From contig JAPEUD010000054.1 of NCBI GenBank assembly GCA_026026165.1, positions 1-64,000 on the forward strand: DNA of 64,000 nt, in the 5' to 3' direction. The first letter of the stretch is position 1, and the number at the start of each line of letters is the position of its first letter. Origin of the DNA: Sarea resinae. Taxonomy: Eukaryota. A program made the position numbers and the translations under genes. Below, one piece after another: positions 12,047-25,041 of the stretch. A model generated the notes under the pieces. It saw only the letters and a program-made list of their open reading frames with translations. It was not told the origin of the DNA and searched no databases.

Positions 12047-15014
12047 ATGGCGTGGCAGCCGCAAGAAGAGCAGCTGAGGCAGTTGGCAGGTTTCCTGCGG
12101 GATTCTTTGAGTAGCCATGATCAAAATGCGCAGAAACATGCTACGACTGTCAGTCAAGACTTTGTCCATTGCTTCCCCGTGGCTGCGGACTGACGGTATT
12201 CGTTGCAGATGCTCGCACAGGCAGAGTCCTCACCAGACGTCAACAACTACCTAGCCTATCTCGTTGCAACTCGGGAAGCGCCATCGGCGGTGAATATCGA
12301 GCCCAAGGATGCTCACCTGGTCAGGAGTTCCGCCGCGATCATGCTGAAGAACACCATCAAGACCGGTTACAAGTCGATATCCGAGCCAAGTCTGTCCTAT
12401 ATTCGATCCTCCATCGTCCATGTCCTTCAGGAGCCTAATGCTCAGATACGGAGCCTGGCTGGAAACGTCATCACTGAGATTGTGCGACAGGGAGGCATCT
12501 TAGGTTGGCCGCAGCTGCTTCCGGAGCTTCTATCGTTGATCAGCAACGAAGGTGGAAATGTTCCCGTAGAGGCGCAGGAAGGTGCCATCAGTGCACTTGT
12601 CAAGATTTGCGAAGATAACAAGAAGGCACTCGATAGAGACTATCAAGGCCAACGCCCTCTGAATGTCATTATTCCAAAGCTTCTTGACTTCACGAGCAGC
12701 CCCCTCGTGAAGGTTCGAGCCCAGGCGCTGGCCGCTGTCAACGTCTTCATCCCTCAAAAACCTCAAGCTCTGCTGGTCGGCCTGGATTCTTTACTTCTCC
12801 AGTTGTTTCGACTCGCTGGCGACTCAAGTGATGAGGTGCGGAGACAAGTGTGTCGCTCTTTTGTGCAGATAGTCGACATTCGACCGGACAAGCTTGCTCC
12901 GCATATGGAGGGTCTCGTCGATTTCATCGTGTCTCAGCAGAAGAATGCCGATGATCCAGAGCTTGCACTGGATGCTGCGGAGTTCTGGCTTTGCGTTGGA
13001 GAGCACGACGAGCTTCGCGCCGGCCTCGGTCCTTACTTGAATAAGATTGTCCCTGTGCTTTTGGAGAGCATGGTTTATTGCGAAGACGACATCCTACGAT
13101 TAGAAGGTGGAGGCGAAGATGCCGAGGAGGAAGATAGGTTGGAGGACATCAAGCCCCAGTTTGCAAAGTCGAAAGGCATCCGGACTGCTGGTGATGGCAC
13201 AGGTGATGCTGGTATGGATGGCTCCGTCAACGGGAAGTCGGGCGGCTATAGCGCTCTAGGTGACGATGATGATTTGAGCGAGGGAGAGATCGAGGAAGAG
13301 GAAGATGGTGATGGCGATCCGGAAGACCAGTGGAATCTGAGAAAGTGCTCCGCTGCGGCATTGGATGTGCTCGCATCAGTCTTCCACCAGCCGGTCTTCG
13401 AAATCACGCTACCTTATCTGAAGGAGAATCTTCAACACTCCGAATGGCCTCATCGTGAGTCGGCAGTCCTTGCGCTCGGCGCCGTCGCAGACGGTTGCAT
13501 GGAAGTCATCATCCCGCACCTGCCAGATCTAGTACCCTACCTCATCTCCCTCTTGAACGACCCCGAACCAGTCGTACGCCAAATTACGTGCTGGTCTCTA
13601 GGGCGATACTCGGCGTGGGCTTCAAACCTCAAGAGCCCGACGGACAAACAACGATTCTTCGAGCCTATGATGGAAGGGATTCTCAACAAAATGTTGGACA
13701 ACAACAAGAGAGTTCAAGAGGCTGGGGCATCAGCTTTTGCCAATCTGGAAGAAAAGGCCAAAAGCCAGTTGACACCATACTGCGAGCCGATAGTGCAGCA
13801 ATTTGTTCGTTGTTTCGAAAAGTACAAGGATCGCAACATGTATATTCTTTACGACTGTGTGCAGACGTTGGCCGAACACGTCGGACCGGGGCTGGCCACG
13901 CCGGCACTCGTCGATCTCCTCATGCCGGCCCTGATACATCGCTGGAACAAAGTGTCCGACCAGTCGAGAGAGCTTTTCCCTCTCCTCGAGTGTCTCTCTT
14001 ACGTTGCCACTGCCCTCGGTGATGTCTTCTCACCCTTTGCCACACCCATTTTTGCGCGATGCGTGAAAATAATACATCAGAATCTGGAGGAATACATGAT
14101 GTCCGTCAACAACCCAGCCATGGACAAGCCGGACAAGGATTTTTTGGTTACCAGCTTAGACCTTGTGAGTGCTATCATCCAAGCCTTGGACCAGAAGAGC
14201 GGTGAGCTGGTTTCGACCGCTCAACCCAGCCTCTTTGAGCTCTTGACATTCTGTATGGAGGACCCAAACAACGACGTGCGCCAATCGTCTTACGCTCTTC
14301 TCGGCGATTGCGCCATCTACGTCTTCCCGCAACTTCAGCCCTATATCCCATCGATAATGCCTCTTTTGATCGACCAGCTTGAGCTCGACAAGATTGTCGC
14401 CGAAGACTACGACGGGCCATTTTCCGTCGTCAATAACGCGTGCTGGTCGTGCGGCGAGATCTCGATGCGACACGGTGAAGGAATGGCCCCATACGCCGAT
14501 GATCTCTACCAACGCCTGATCGCGATCATGAGCAACCCGGAAGTGCCGGACTCACTAAACGAGAATGCGGCCATTGCTCTGGGGCGCTTGGGCTGGGGCG
14601 CCTCGCCTCAGCTGGCGCCCCATCTGGGTCAGTTCGCGGGCCACTTTTTGGAACACATGGAGAAGGTCGAGTACACGGACGAAAAGGGTCACGCTTTTCA
14701 GGGTTTTACCAAGACGGTTTCCCAGAATCCACAGGCCATGGAGAAATATCTAGCTGAGTTCTTCAAGGCGATTGCGCGATATCCCGCCGTATCGCCCGAA
14801 GAACGCAAGCTCTACGATTACTTCCAAGCAGTGAGTTGCCCTTTCCTTTGCACCGTCTACGGCATAGCTCTGTCTGGTTCGGGGGGCTGTTGGCTGATTT
14901 GTCACATCAAAGATCCTGAATGTCTACAAGGACATGATACCCGACTTTGACGCCTTCCTGAACCGCTTACCCCCTTCGGATCAGCAATCTCTACGCAGCA
15001 CTTTCAAGGTTTGA
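12047..15014 (+). CDS. KAP104: Transportin / karyopherin beta-2 (importin beta-2); exons 12047-12148, 12209-14830, 14913-15014
   Basis: MAWQPQEEQLRQLAGFLRDSL N-terminus, HEAT repeats, acidic loop followed by WNLRKCSAAALDVLA, CWSLGRY, NNACWSCGEI and ENAAIALGRLG, all typical of Kap104/TNPO1. Splicing restores the frame and the C-terminus ILNVYKDMIPDF...FKV*. Confidence 0.95.
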
Positions 15015-16213
15015 TCGAGTGTGCCCGTGCTCTTGATTTGCAGCTCTCGTTTTTCGTGTGTTTTTTGTGTTTGTTAGCGTTACATTGTCATAATTCCCCG
15101 CGGGGGCTGGAGAGAAAGTGATGAGTGGAGGAGGGGAGAAGGAGAACGAGGAAAAGGAATCGGCCAGGCGTCTATTCGATCCTGAACTCTAGCGCCAGAG
15201 CAGCGAGGCAGTAGTCTACGAGGCTTGAAGAATCGGGATGGATTCATGGATTGACGGATAGACGAGTAATGGCCCGAGGGTCAGAAGAGGAAGAGCCAAC
15301 CAGTCGGACAGCCATGACGCCTTGCGAAGATGGCGATGGACCGGACACGATGGATTGTGTAGTATGTTCCAGACATATAGGCGTGCATATCGATGTTGGC
15401 GATACTTTAGAGCTCGCTTCTGCTTATCAGGAGAGAGCAGCGAAATGAAAAGAAAGATCAATCATCCCGTTGTGCTTCAGTGTCTGGCTTGCTGGTGCCA
15501 GCGATCTGAGGCGGACGGGTGACTTGCACGGTCCGTACTGTTCGGGTGAGATGGTGGGGTACCTGAGGGGCGGCGGCAGGATCGGGGTCGATAAGGTCAC
15601 GGATCCTGCCTGGTACTAATAGTAGCCAAGGTCAGGTAAGGTATCTAGCTATCTGTACCCGTATCTTTGTATTCGTACGTCGTACTCTGACTTGATCGAG
15701 CCCAAGTTTGCCATCCCATGGTGTTCTTCTCGCCTCGCCTCGCCTCGCCTCGCCTTCCCCTTCCCTTCCCTTCCCTTAGAGTGCGCAACTGGTCTCAGAC
15801 GACTACTCCTACTCCTACATCCTCCAGCTACCTTACATAGTACCTTACGAACCGCTTCACCTTCGACGCTTGATCCCATTCTCGACACACTTGGCTTCTC
15901 TCATGATTTCCCGTCTCCCTCCGCCGGAACACATGAAAGCGTATTCTATATCACCCGATTGTGCCTCGCCATCGGCTTCAATTATTACGACTCCGCCGGC
16001 CTTTCTTTGTCGGTCGACCTAGCGTGGCGGCTGCTTCGCCAACCCCGTCCTTACCGTCCGTCGTGGTACTAACGAGACCCCGCCTATCCCAATCGCCTCA
16101 TCTCACCTGGACCTCGAATCGTGACGTACGGATCTCAACTCATCGTGACCGTCGTTGATCTGGATCCCTCGAAAACACCACGGCGGTGTCTGCGAGGGTC
16201 GTCGCTTGAGAGA

Positions 16214-17900
16214 ATGGGCCACGGAATGGAGCCAAGCCAAGAGGACCGGGGCCTATTGAGCATCCGACCTTCAACACTCTCGACGTCATTCATCGCCGCA
16301 GCACCCACTCGGGCGGTCGTGCTGGATGGCTTATCTCAAGGCTCTCGGGGAACATTTGAGGATCAGGCTCCCGTCTACGACCATGTCCGAGCAAGTGGCG
16401 ATGGCGGGTCAACTGGTAAGGGCATCCTTATCGGCATGCTCTCCGCCTTCGGATCTGCCGGTCTAGTCGCCATCATCTTTGCGATAGTATACTTCTTCCG
16501 ATATACGAACAACGGAAGAATTTTCTTAGATCGTATCGGTCGGCCCGGAGAATATGATGATGAGCAGGCCTTTGCGAAGGAGGAGGCTGAGGCGCTGGAA
16601 GAAATGGACGATCTACAGAGAGCAGAATATCAGCGGGCGAAAGGTAGGAGATCTTGTACCCCTGAGCATTCCAAGCAACACCGAACGGACCACAAGGCAT
16701 CATCTCAACCCTGCGATTACTGACTATCTTCATAGCATTTGTTCAAGCAAACCCACCTGATTCCATGCAGACGGATATCTCGCTTTCACAATTTCTGGCC
16801 ATTCAAGAGAAAGGTGTATCCGCTTGGGAGTTCGAACCAGAGTTAGAAATCGCGAATTGTTTCGTCGAAGGCCGGACAGAGATCGAATTCTTTGATTCCG
16901 AGTGCAGTGTTCAGAGCAATCTGCCGGTGCCAAAGCAAAACGAAGTGTATTATTGGGAAGCAAAAATCTACGACAAGCCGGAATCTAGCCTTATCAGCAT
17001 CGGTATGACGACGAAGCCGTATCCGTTATTTCGATTACCTGGTGAGTAGTTTCAAGATGTGGTTTCGACCTGGGCCCTAACAGCCGTGCAGGGTTACACA
17101 AATATTCCGTAGCATACATATCATCGGGCCATCGAAGATATAACCAACCTTTTGCTCCAACAAATTACGGGCCAACATTTGTTCAGGGCGATGTGATAGG
17201 AGTTGGTTATCGTCCCCGGACCGGGACTGTTTTCTTCACGCGCAATGGGAAAAAGCTCGAGGATGTGGCGCACGGGCTGAAGTCACAAAACTTCTTCCCT
17301 TCGGTGGGTGCAAATGGTCCTTGCACCGTCCACGTCAACTTCGGCCAGTCAGGCTTCGTCTTCATCGAAGCGAATGTGAAGAAGTGGGGTTTGGCCCCTA
17401 TGAATGGCAGTCTGGCTCCCCCCCCACCATACGGCAGTGAGCAAGGCAGCATACTGCTTGAGGCGGGGCGAGAGAGCGTGCGAGGCAACCAAGGTCCGTA
17501 TCTTAGTACGGGACATGCAAGGACGAGAAGCGGACACGCAAGAGCAGGAGGACCTCCGTCGAGCCCTGGCCCGGTACGATCACCTACAGACATTTCTCTA
17601 GCCCACCTGACACATATATCCTCGCATGAGGATGCTGGGGAGGGAACTAGTAGCAGTGCGGCCGCCATGGCAGCAGGGCTCGGGGGTCCGATCTTAGATG
17701 ACGCCCATGAACCACACCCTCCACCTGATTACACCAGTCCGGAAGGGTCGGATACAAGCAGCCCACGAGGTAGCAGCGACAGCGAGCATGCGCCCATCAT
17801 TCGAGCGCCATCACCGCGACCGCCCATACCTAGCTACGACGCCGCAGTAGGGGGTACGGACGGAAGGGGACGCAGTGGCACGGCGAATTCGAGATGCTGA
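16214..17900 (+). CDS. SSH4: Ssh4/Ear1-like SPRY-domain membrane protein (Rsp5 adaptor); exons 16214-16643, 16736-17041, 17092-17900
   Basis: N-terminal TM segment GILIGMLSAFGSAGLVAIIFAIVYFFRY; SLSQFLAIQEKGVSAWEF; NLPVPKQNEVYYWEAK; TKPYPLFRLPG; GVGYRPRTGTVFFTRNGKK; FVFIEANVKKWGLAP; PY motifs PPPY and PPDY. Start codon uncertain. Confidence 0.9.
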
Positions 17901-19415
17901 GCGGAGTTTTGTTCATTCATTGTCTGCCTAGTGCTCTGCTCTAACTTAGCGATTTTGTCGTGGGCGTTTCAATACCTGATACTGGTGCGGACTCCACCAT
18001 GAAAGGAAGCGGGGAGTTTTTCTTTTCTTTTCTCATGAACAATCTCATTGGCGATTACCGGATTTGGCGAAAGGAGCGGAAGGGGTGTATGGATGGACGT
18101 CGGTGTGGCACATTGATCTCACGAGTACCTATATTCCCCCGGCCTACTGTACTCTACGCATATATCTTTCTTTTCATGTGTCTTCCTTTCTCACGAGTAA
18201 ATCTATGGGTCATTCCAGGGTTTTGGGGCGGCCCGAGGAGAGAGAGAGAGAGAGAGCAGACGAAAAGTGACGGATTGGGTCTTCTTTGAGAGTCTTTGAG
18301 AAGATTGAATAGACTTTGTCTTCTAGTTGGTTGACCGGGCGGGCTGGCTGGCCTTGTTCGTATCGCCGCCCTTTCTCTTTGACTCGGTCGAGTGTGTCCT
18401 CTGATATCTGTGTCGTTACACCGAGCACGCGGGGGTGGTGTTTTGTGTGGTGTCACTGTCTGCGCACCAAGTAGGCCGTAGTGGTGACCCGGTGCCTCGA
18501 TGTCTTTGGTGGTTGATGGTGCGGTGGGGGTCTACCGTGCAGGTACTGGGTACTCGCAGCAAGGACGTGGTGGACTCGACTCGACTCGACTCGAACGTCG
18601 ACCGGCGACCGGGTTCATCGCCTTTGTATGAATTGCGTAATGCAACCACCATGACTGTCTCACGACCTCTTTGCCTTTTATGTTAATTTCCTCTTTCTCT
18701 TTCTCGTCCTCGTTCCCTTTTGTTTTCTGCTTGTCCCAGTCTCCTTCACAGCCGTGGCCTTGGAGACGAATGCGGCATTGATGGACTGGGCTGCACTCAC
18801 TCGTAATCGCGTGGACGATCTTTGCGTTCCTCTTAAGAAGGTTGAGGCAGGCCCAAGTGCCAGCAAGCTACCTGTATAGAGAGAGCTTCTTCCTGTACGA
18901 ATGAATGAATGGTGAGAGAGAGCGCGCGCGCGCGAGATACAGAGAGAGACTGTCGCCGTGCATCTTCTGAACGCTGTCGCTGACCCATGACAATCTACCA
19001 AGACAATTTCTAGACTGTGATCTTATAGCTTGAAGCTCTGCTCTACTCTAGATCGTCCTCTCCGCCGCCTGCCTCTCCCCCTCCTCTCTTCTCCCTGCCC
19101 GGCCGGCTACCTGCATCCAGTCGCATCGCATCACATCGCATCGCACCCTCAGTCCGGGAAGCTGCATGCAGATCCGCAAGCCCACTATTTCCAAGCAATC
19201 GCGTCCAGGGCATCGATCCGGACTCGTCACAGATTGACGCGCAAGATAAAGAACTCGGTAGGAGGCAGACGGCACGGGCTGACCGGTGGCACGGCTACGA
19301 ACATTCGCAGCCACCTGGGCACTTGGGCACTAACGATCGGGCGCCGGGATTTTGTTATATCACATTCGAAGGGCGTGACGCGTCATCGGCGTCGCGTGGA
19401 GGATTATTGTACTCG

Positions 19416-21591
19416 ATGCCGGCGAACGGGAAAGCCTCAAGGCTAGATATGGGCGATCCTTCTCAGGCGGCTTTTCAAGTCATAGTGTTGGTAAGTCTTG
19501 TTAGGCGGCACGGTTTTTCTTCATCTTTGGTACACGGTCCAGTCAGTTTCATGCTTGTAGGTCTCGGATAGGATGATGCCAATCCTGGCACTGGCATGAC
19601 AGATGTGGAACCTGCATGCTCCGATCGTTTTACTACCGAGACGGTTTTTTTCCTTGTTTGTTCGGCGACAATGCTAACATTGACTCAAGGGTTCAGGGGG
19701 TGGCCCAAATGAAGACAATGTCACTGGCTTCCTGGTACGGTCCACGGCAACACAATGGGCCAAGTCGTCAGTGCTTGCGGTGGACGCTGGGACGCATCTG
19801 GCGGCTATAATTCGAATACTAGAGAAGCATTTGCCTCTAAACTCACCCAAACCTCCGCCGAAACCCGAAACGAAGAAGGCCGGTAGAGGGGCTGTGAATG
19901 CTCGAAAAAGTCGAGCCGCAAATGGAGGACAGGCGGCGACGGATCATTCGTTGCCCGAGTCAGAGAATGGCTCCTCATCATCTTCATCCTCATCGACCGA
20001 GGCACCAATCATGCTCTCGGAAGGCCCGTTTGCAGGCCTCGAACTGCCTTATCAGACGGCCCGTGCCAACGCAGTGTACATCCTCCGCGAACTCGTGTCG
20101 ACCTACCTCATCACTCACCCCCATCTCGACCATATCTCTGGTTTTGTCATCAACACCGCCTCCTTTCACAACACCTACCGCCCCAAACGTCTCGCCGGTT
20201 TACCGTCGACCATCGAAGCCATCAAAACGCACATCTTCAACGACGTCATCTGGCCTAATCTGTCTGATGAAGAAGGCGGCGTCGGGCTCGTCACTTACAT
20301 GCGTCTCGTCGAGGGAGGGAATGTCGCGCTCGGCCAAGGCGACGGCCGGGGCTTCATCGAGGTGTGCGAGGGACTCGGTGCGAAGAGCTGGAGCGTCTCG
20401 CACGGCCACTGCATGAAACGGCACAGCTACTTTGGCAGCGGCGCGGGTCTCCAAGCCGAGCTCGCCGCCCAAGCCGCGGCCGTATCAGGCGGGTCGCGCG
20501 TCTCGACGCCATCGCCCATGGAGCAATCCGTGAGACCGTATAGCCAGCACTCGCATCAGCCGCTCGAGCGCGTTTGCGTCTACGACAGCTCGGCCTTTTT
20601 CATCCGTGACGATGCCTCGGGCAAGGAGATGCTGATCTTTGGCGACGTGGAACCGGATTCTCTATCGCACTCGCCGCGCACGGCGCAGGTCTGGACGGAT
20701 GCCGTACCGAAGATCGCCATGGGCCTGCTGACGGGGATACTGATTGAATGCAGTTTCAGCGACTCGCAAGCCGACGAGGTCCTCTACGGCCATCTGGCGC
20801 CCCGGCATCTGATTGCGGAACTGAGAGTGCTGGCGGAGAAGGTGTCGGCCTGGCGTCTTGCCAACCCTAATGCCACCGATGACGGCGGCGGGTTTCTTTC
20901 ATCCAGCATGGGCGGTCGAAAACGAAAGAGACATTCTCACGTTTTTGGCACGACGACGACGACACCGGGTTTTGACTCGGTCGAGGCTTCGCCCACGCCA
21001 CAGCCGCCACCGCAGCCACAATCACAATCACAATCACAATCACAATCACAATCACGGTCACAGTCTCAGTCTCAGTCACAGTCACAGTCACAACAAACAC
21101 ACTCCCGCGGCCGGCCGCCATCCCGAAGGCGTGGTACCGCTCGCACGGCATCCGCGCCTCTGCTCCCCAAAAGCCCTAGTCCCGGTCCCGGCCCCGACCC
21201 GGCCCCGCCCACATCGATGTCGCGGCACCGCCACAACCGCCACCATCATCATCGCCACTACCACGACAACGGGTCCGCCACCGAAGAGGCGACGGAGATG
21301 ACAGACGCCGGGCCGTTGCCCACTGCCACCATCACTAATACACTCCCCGTCATGTCCGGCGCACTAAGTGATTCGGCCCAGCCCCAGCCTCCGCCGCCGC
21401 TGAAGGGCATCAAGATCGTCGTCATCCACGTCAAGGACTCCCTTCGTGACGGCCCGACGGACGGCGAGATGATTCTCGCGCAGCTGGAACGGGCGGAACG
21501 CGAGGCTGGCAGCGGCGATGGCGGTGGTGGTGGTGGTGGCCTTGGCTGTGAGTTTGTGCTCGCTGAGCAGGGCTTGAGTCTGTGGTTGTGA
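19416..21591 (+). CDS. PDE1: Low-affinity class II 3',5'-cyclic nucleotide phosphodiesterase; exons 19416(or 19449)-19490 and 19690-21591
   Basis: FQVIVL|GSGGGPNEDNVTGFLVR after splicing; LAVDAGT; class II signature THPHLDHISG; HIFNDVIWPNL; FGDVEPDS; IECSF...LYGHLAPRHL; IVVIHVKD. Confidence 0.93.
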
Positions 21592-21938
21592 ATCCGTTTT
21601 ACTTACTTTTTTCTTTCCCATTCTTTCTTTTCCTTTGGAGTTGGGGGCTGGCAGATATAAGGCGGGTGGGGAAGGGGGAGGGGGGAAGGCCAAGGCCAAG
21701 GGTACAAGTTCTATTGTTCCTTTATCATTTCATTTTCGTATCTTATTTTTCTCATATGTTCATTTCTCTCGTCTCGTCTCGCCTGTTCCGTTTCTGTTTC
21801 TGTCCTTGTTCTTTATTTTCTTTTTCGTCTGTCTGTGTTATCAAAGCAAGAGGAAGGGGAGGAGAAAGAGAGCAGAAGCCGAGCCAGCAAAGCAGAGAAA
21901 CTAGCGGAAAACTAGCAGAATCCAAACAGAATCCCCTG

Positions 21939-21965
21939 CCCCCCCCCCCCCCCCCCCCCCCCCCC
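21939..21965. repeat. poly-C homopolymer (about 27 nt)
   Basis: Read directly. Confidence 0.9.
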
Positions 21966-22129
21966 TCCCAAAAAGGAAAAGAAAGGAAAGAAGAAAAAAA
22001 TATAGAAATCTATTGTAAGGACTAGCAAATACGCAAACCTGTTCCTACGTGAGCCATCCAAAAAGAACTACTATAACCCGGCTCATCCGAGCGAGCTATG
22101 TCTTGCGTATTCCAGAGTACCCTGCCTAG

Positions 22130-23160
22130 GCTAGTGTGGAATTTCTTGTGGAAGAGTTTTGTAGATTAGAATAGTATTGTGTGTTGTGCATATTGTGTGT
22201 GTTGTGTGTGTTATGTGTGTTGTGTGTGTTGTATTGTGTATTGTGTATTGTGTATTGTGTATTGTGTATTGTGTGTTGTGTGTTGTGTGTTGTGATTTTG
22301 TGATTTTGTGTTATAGAGTGTAGTAGTAGGAGAGAGTGTAGGATGTAGTAGGATGTATTAGGAGAGCGTTTAGGAGAGGGTATAGGAGAGAGTGTAGGAG
22401 AGAGTGTAGGAGGGATAAGTGCATTTATTATTATTATCGTCATTATCATCATCATCGTCGTTGTTGTCGTCGTCGTCGTCGTCGTGGTTGTTGTCGTTGT
22501 AGAAGCTAGCACGATCAGGTCGAGGTCGAGGTCGAGGTTAAGTATCAAGTATCAAGTTTCAAGAGAGGTAAAGAGAGGTAGAGAGAGGTCAAGAGACACA
22601 CACACATATATATAAAGAGAGAGATAGAGACAAAGAGGAAGAGGAAGAGGAAGAGGGAATTTGTGTGCTGGATAGCGGGTAGGGATAGGTAGGTAGGGAG
22701 GTGGTGAAATTTACTATCACGCGTGCCGAAGGAGACAGAGAAGTGAAAGGGAAAGTGAAAGTGAAAGTGAAAGGAAAGCTTTAGTGATTACTGTAGTTTA
22801 GTGTATACATTGTGTAAGAGAGTAGAAGAGTAGAAAAGAGAAAGTAAAGGAGAGATATGAAGAGAGAGAGAGAGAGAGAGAGAGAGTTAGAGAGATATAT
22901 AAAGAGAGTGTATAAGAGGTAGGTATATAATATAGTAGGTTAGGAAAAAGATAGGTGAGTTTACTATAAGTAAATAGGTAGGTAATAGTATTACACCTAT
23001 AGGAGATAGAGAAGTGAAAGACAAGTTATGCTAGATATTTTAGTTTAGTAGGTAGGTAGCTAAGGTAGGTAGGTAGGAGAGTAAGAGATAAGTTCACTAT
23101 CACGCGCTCAAGGACATGTAGAGCCTCAGTGAATACGGTGGTGTAGTATACACATTAGCG
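22130..23160. repeat. AT/purine-rich, TpA-rich low-complexity island with microsatellites (TGTAT/TGTGT, AG, GAAAGT, TAGG), possibly RIP-mutated
   Basis: Abrupt compositional shift between the convergent PDE1 and UCH37 genes; many TAG/TAT/TATA motifs and few CA dinucleotides by eye; no meaningful ORF. Confidence 0.6.
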
Positions 23161-23354
23161 GAGTCAAGCTTTGGCGGGGTCCAGCTTTGGTGAGAGGAAG
23201 GAAGAGAGGGAGGGGAGGCCAGCAGGGTAAGTACGGGAGGGGAATAGAGAGATTGGGGAGGATGAAGTTGAGGATGAGAGAAATGAAGTGAAATGGAGAA
23301 GGCTGGTCGGAAGGCCCGACAAAAGGAGACAAAGGAAAGGATAGCAAAAAAATA

Positions 23355-24521
23355 TCAATCCACCTCCTCGTCCCCGCCCCCCTTTCCCCCCCTCTCTTCC
23401 CTCCGAGCCGCCGTTTTCCCCCTCGCCTCCTCAAGCCACCTCTCGTACGCGCCCCCGCCCTCCTTCAGCTTTGCTCTGACCACCCCCCTCAGCACCTCGG
23501 CTGCAAACCCGACAAAGTTATGCCGACGTAGCGCGTTCTCCCAGCGCCACGCCGCGCGTTTCTGCTCCTCCGCGTACAGCGCCTGGGCGTCGCCGAGTTC
23601 GCGCGCGCGCACCCGCAGATCCCGCACCATGGCCAGCAGGTTGAAGCGGATCTCGTGGGCCGGGTAGCGGGCGATGCGGCGCTGGAGGACGGGGATGACG
23701 GCGTGCGGGAAGTCGGCGGGCGAGCAGGGCCCGTGCGAGATGGGCGCCGCTTGCAGCCCGTCGAGCTCGTACAGCGTGTTGTTGATCGAGGTGTAGGCGA
23801 TGAAATGGTAGACGTCGTCGTCGGACGTCGCGGTGCGCTGCGTCTCGTCGATGAAGGGGGAGGAGCGCGCGAAGGTGTTGTGCACGTCGCGAATTAGCGA
23901 TGAGTTGGAGAGGGCTTCGCCGCGGAGCTGTGGGCGGTGTCAGTCTGTTGGTTTGGTGTTTCTTTGCTGCTTGCTTGCCAGGGGGCCAGTATCCCACAGG
24001 ATCAAACGTACATCGGGGGGAAACGCGGCGGTGAATTCCTTGAACTCGCGCATCTGCTCTCCAATCTCAATCTCGTCCTCCTTGTTCAGCAGCACCGACA
24101 GCAGGGCCTGCGTGCCGCAGGCGTTCTGGATCGTCTGCGCCGCGAAGAACATGTTTTCGGCGGCCGCATGGTCAAAGGTGCCGTCTTGGGGGACTGACGA
24201 TGGCTTCTCGCCCGTGGGGTACTTGAAGAGGAATATGACGCCGTAGACGGGACTGTTGGGTCCGGTGAGTTGAGGGGAGTGGAAGATGCGCGCAGGATGA
24301 TCATTACCTTAGCTGCTCTAGTAGGCTTGGGTCCAGGGAGATCAGTTCTTCGAATTGCACATCTTTGACCCCGAGATTGTCGAGCAGGTATGTGAAGACG
24401 CCCTGAGAGTGAGTTAGACCACTGATAGGTAGCTCTTGTTCTCTTCGACAGAGCTTCTTCGACCGTGGGATGAGATATAACGCACTGCATCGGATTCAAT
24501 GGTGTTCCAGCCGGCCGACAT
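23355..24521 (-). CDS. UCH37: Ubiquitin C-terminal hydrolase L5 (Uch37/Uch2), proteasome-associated; exons 24521-24486, 24402-24308, 24252-24012, 23927-23355
   Basis: MSAGWNTIESDA|GVFTYLLDNLGVKDVQFEEL; PVYGVIFLFKY; catalytic QTIQNACGTQA (Cys), YHFIAY (His), ELDGL (Asp); C-terminal UCH37 helix WRWENALRRHNFVGF. Confidence 0.95.
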
Positions 24522-25041
24522 GGTGCTGGCTCGGCTTGGGCAGTCAATGGGAACAGTCAAGCAACTAGCTCAGTACGAAGAAACGGATCTCGAGATTCTT
24601 GTAAAGGCTGGCCGTTGCACGGAAGAATGTTTGGTGTTGCCAGAGTTCGAGAGCTACGGCAGACAAGCATATTGACGTTCGAGTCACGGACAGCTAAAGG
24701 CCGGGTAACTCCGTGTTGGCGCCGTGCACCGACGTCTGACGTCTGACGTCGTGGCGATGACGCTCGATGCGCATTGGCAGTATCAGGGCTCAAAGCCGGT
24801 TCTAGACCGCCTCAATTGCTTCCATCAGATACAATATCAATCTCCATTTTTGCTTCTGTCCATATCGTCTCTGACCTGTGCAAACTATGTTACTCTCCAT
24901 TCTAGCAATGCTTCTCAGATAGTTTGTGGGCCACGATATCTATTTTCTTTCCCCCGCCCGTGTTTACGTTGGCCAGAACAATCGCATCTTCTATATCTCC
25001 TTGACAGGTCTCCTATCATCCATTCCTCCGCTTTCCTCAAG

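Noticed and set aside
19491..19689. Nested or twin (stwintron) splicing in the 199-nt PDE1 intron
   Set aside because: An internal TAG|GT exists, but there is no convincing internal branch point or regenerated donor
22126..22548. Thr/His/Asn-rich ORF
   Set aside because: Translation of microsatellites in the AT island
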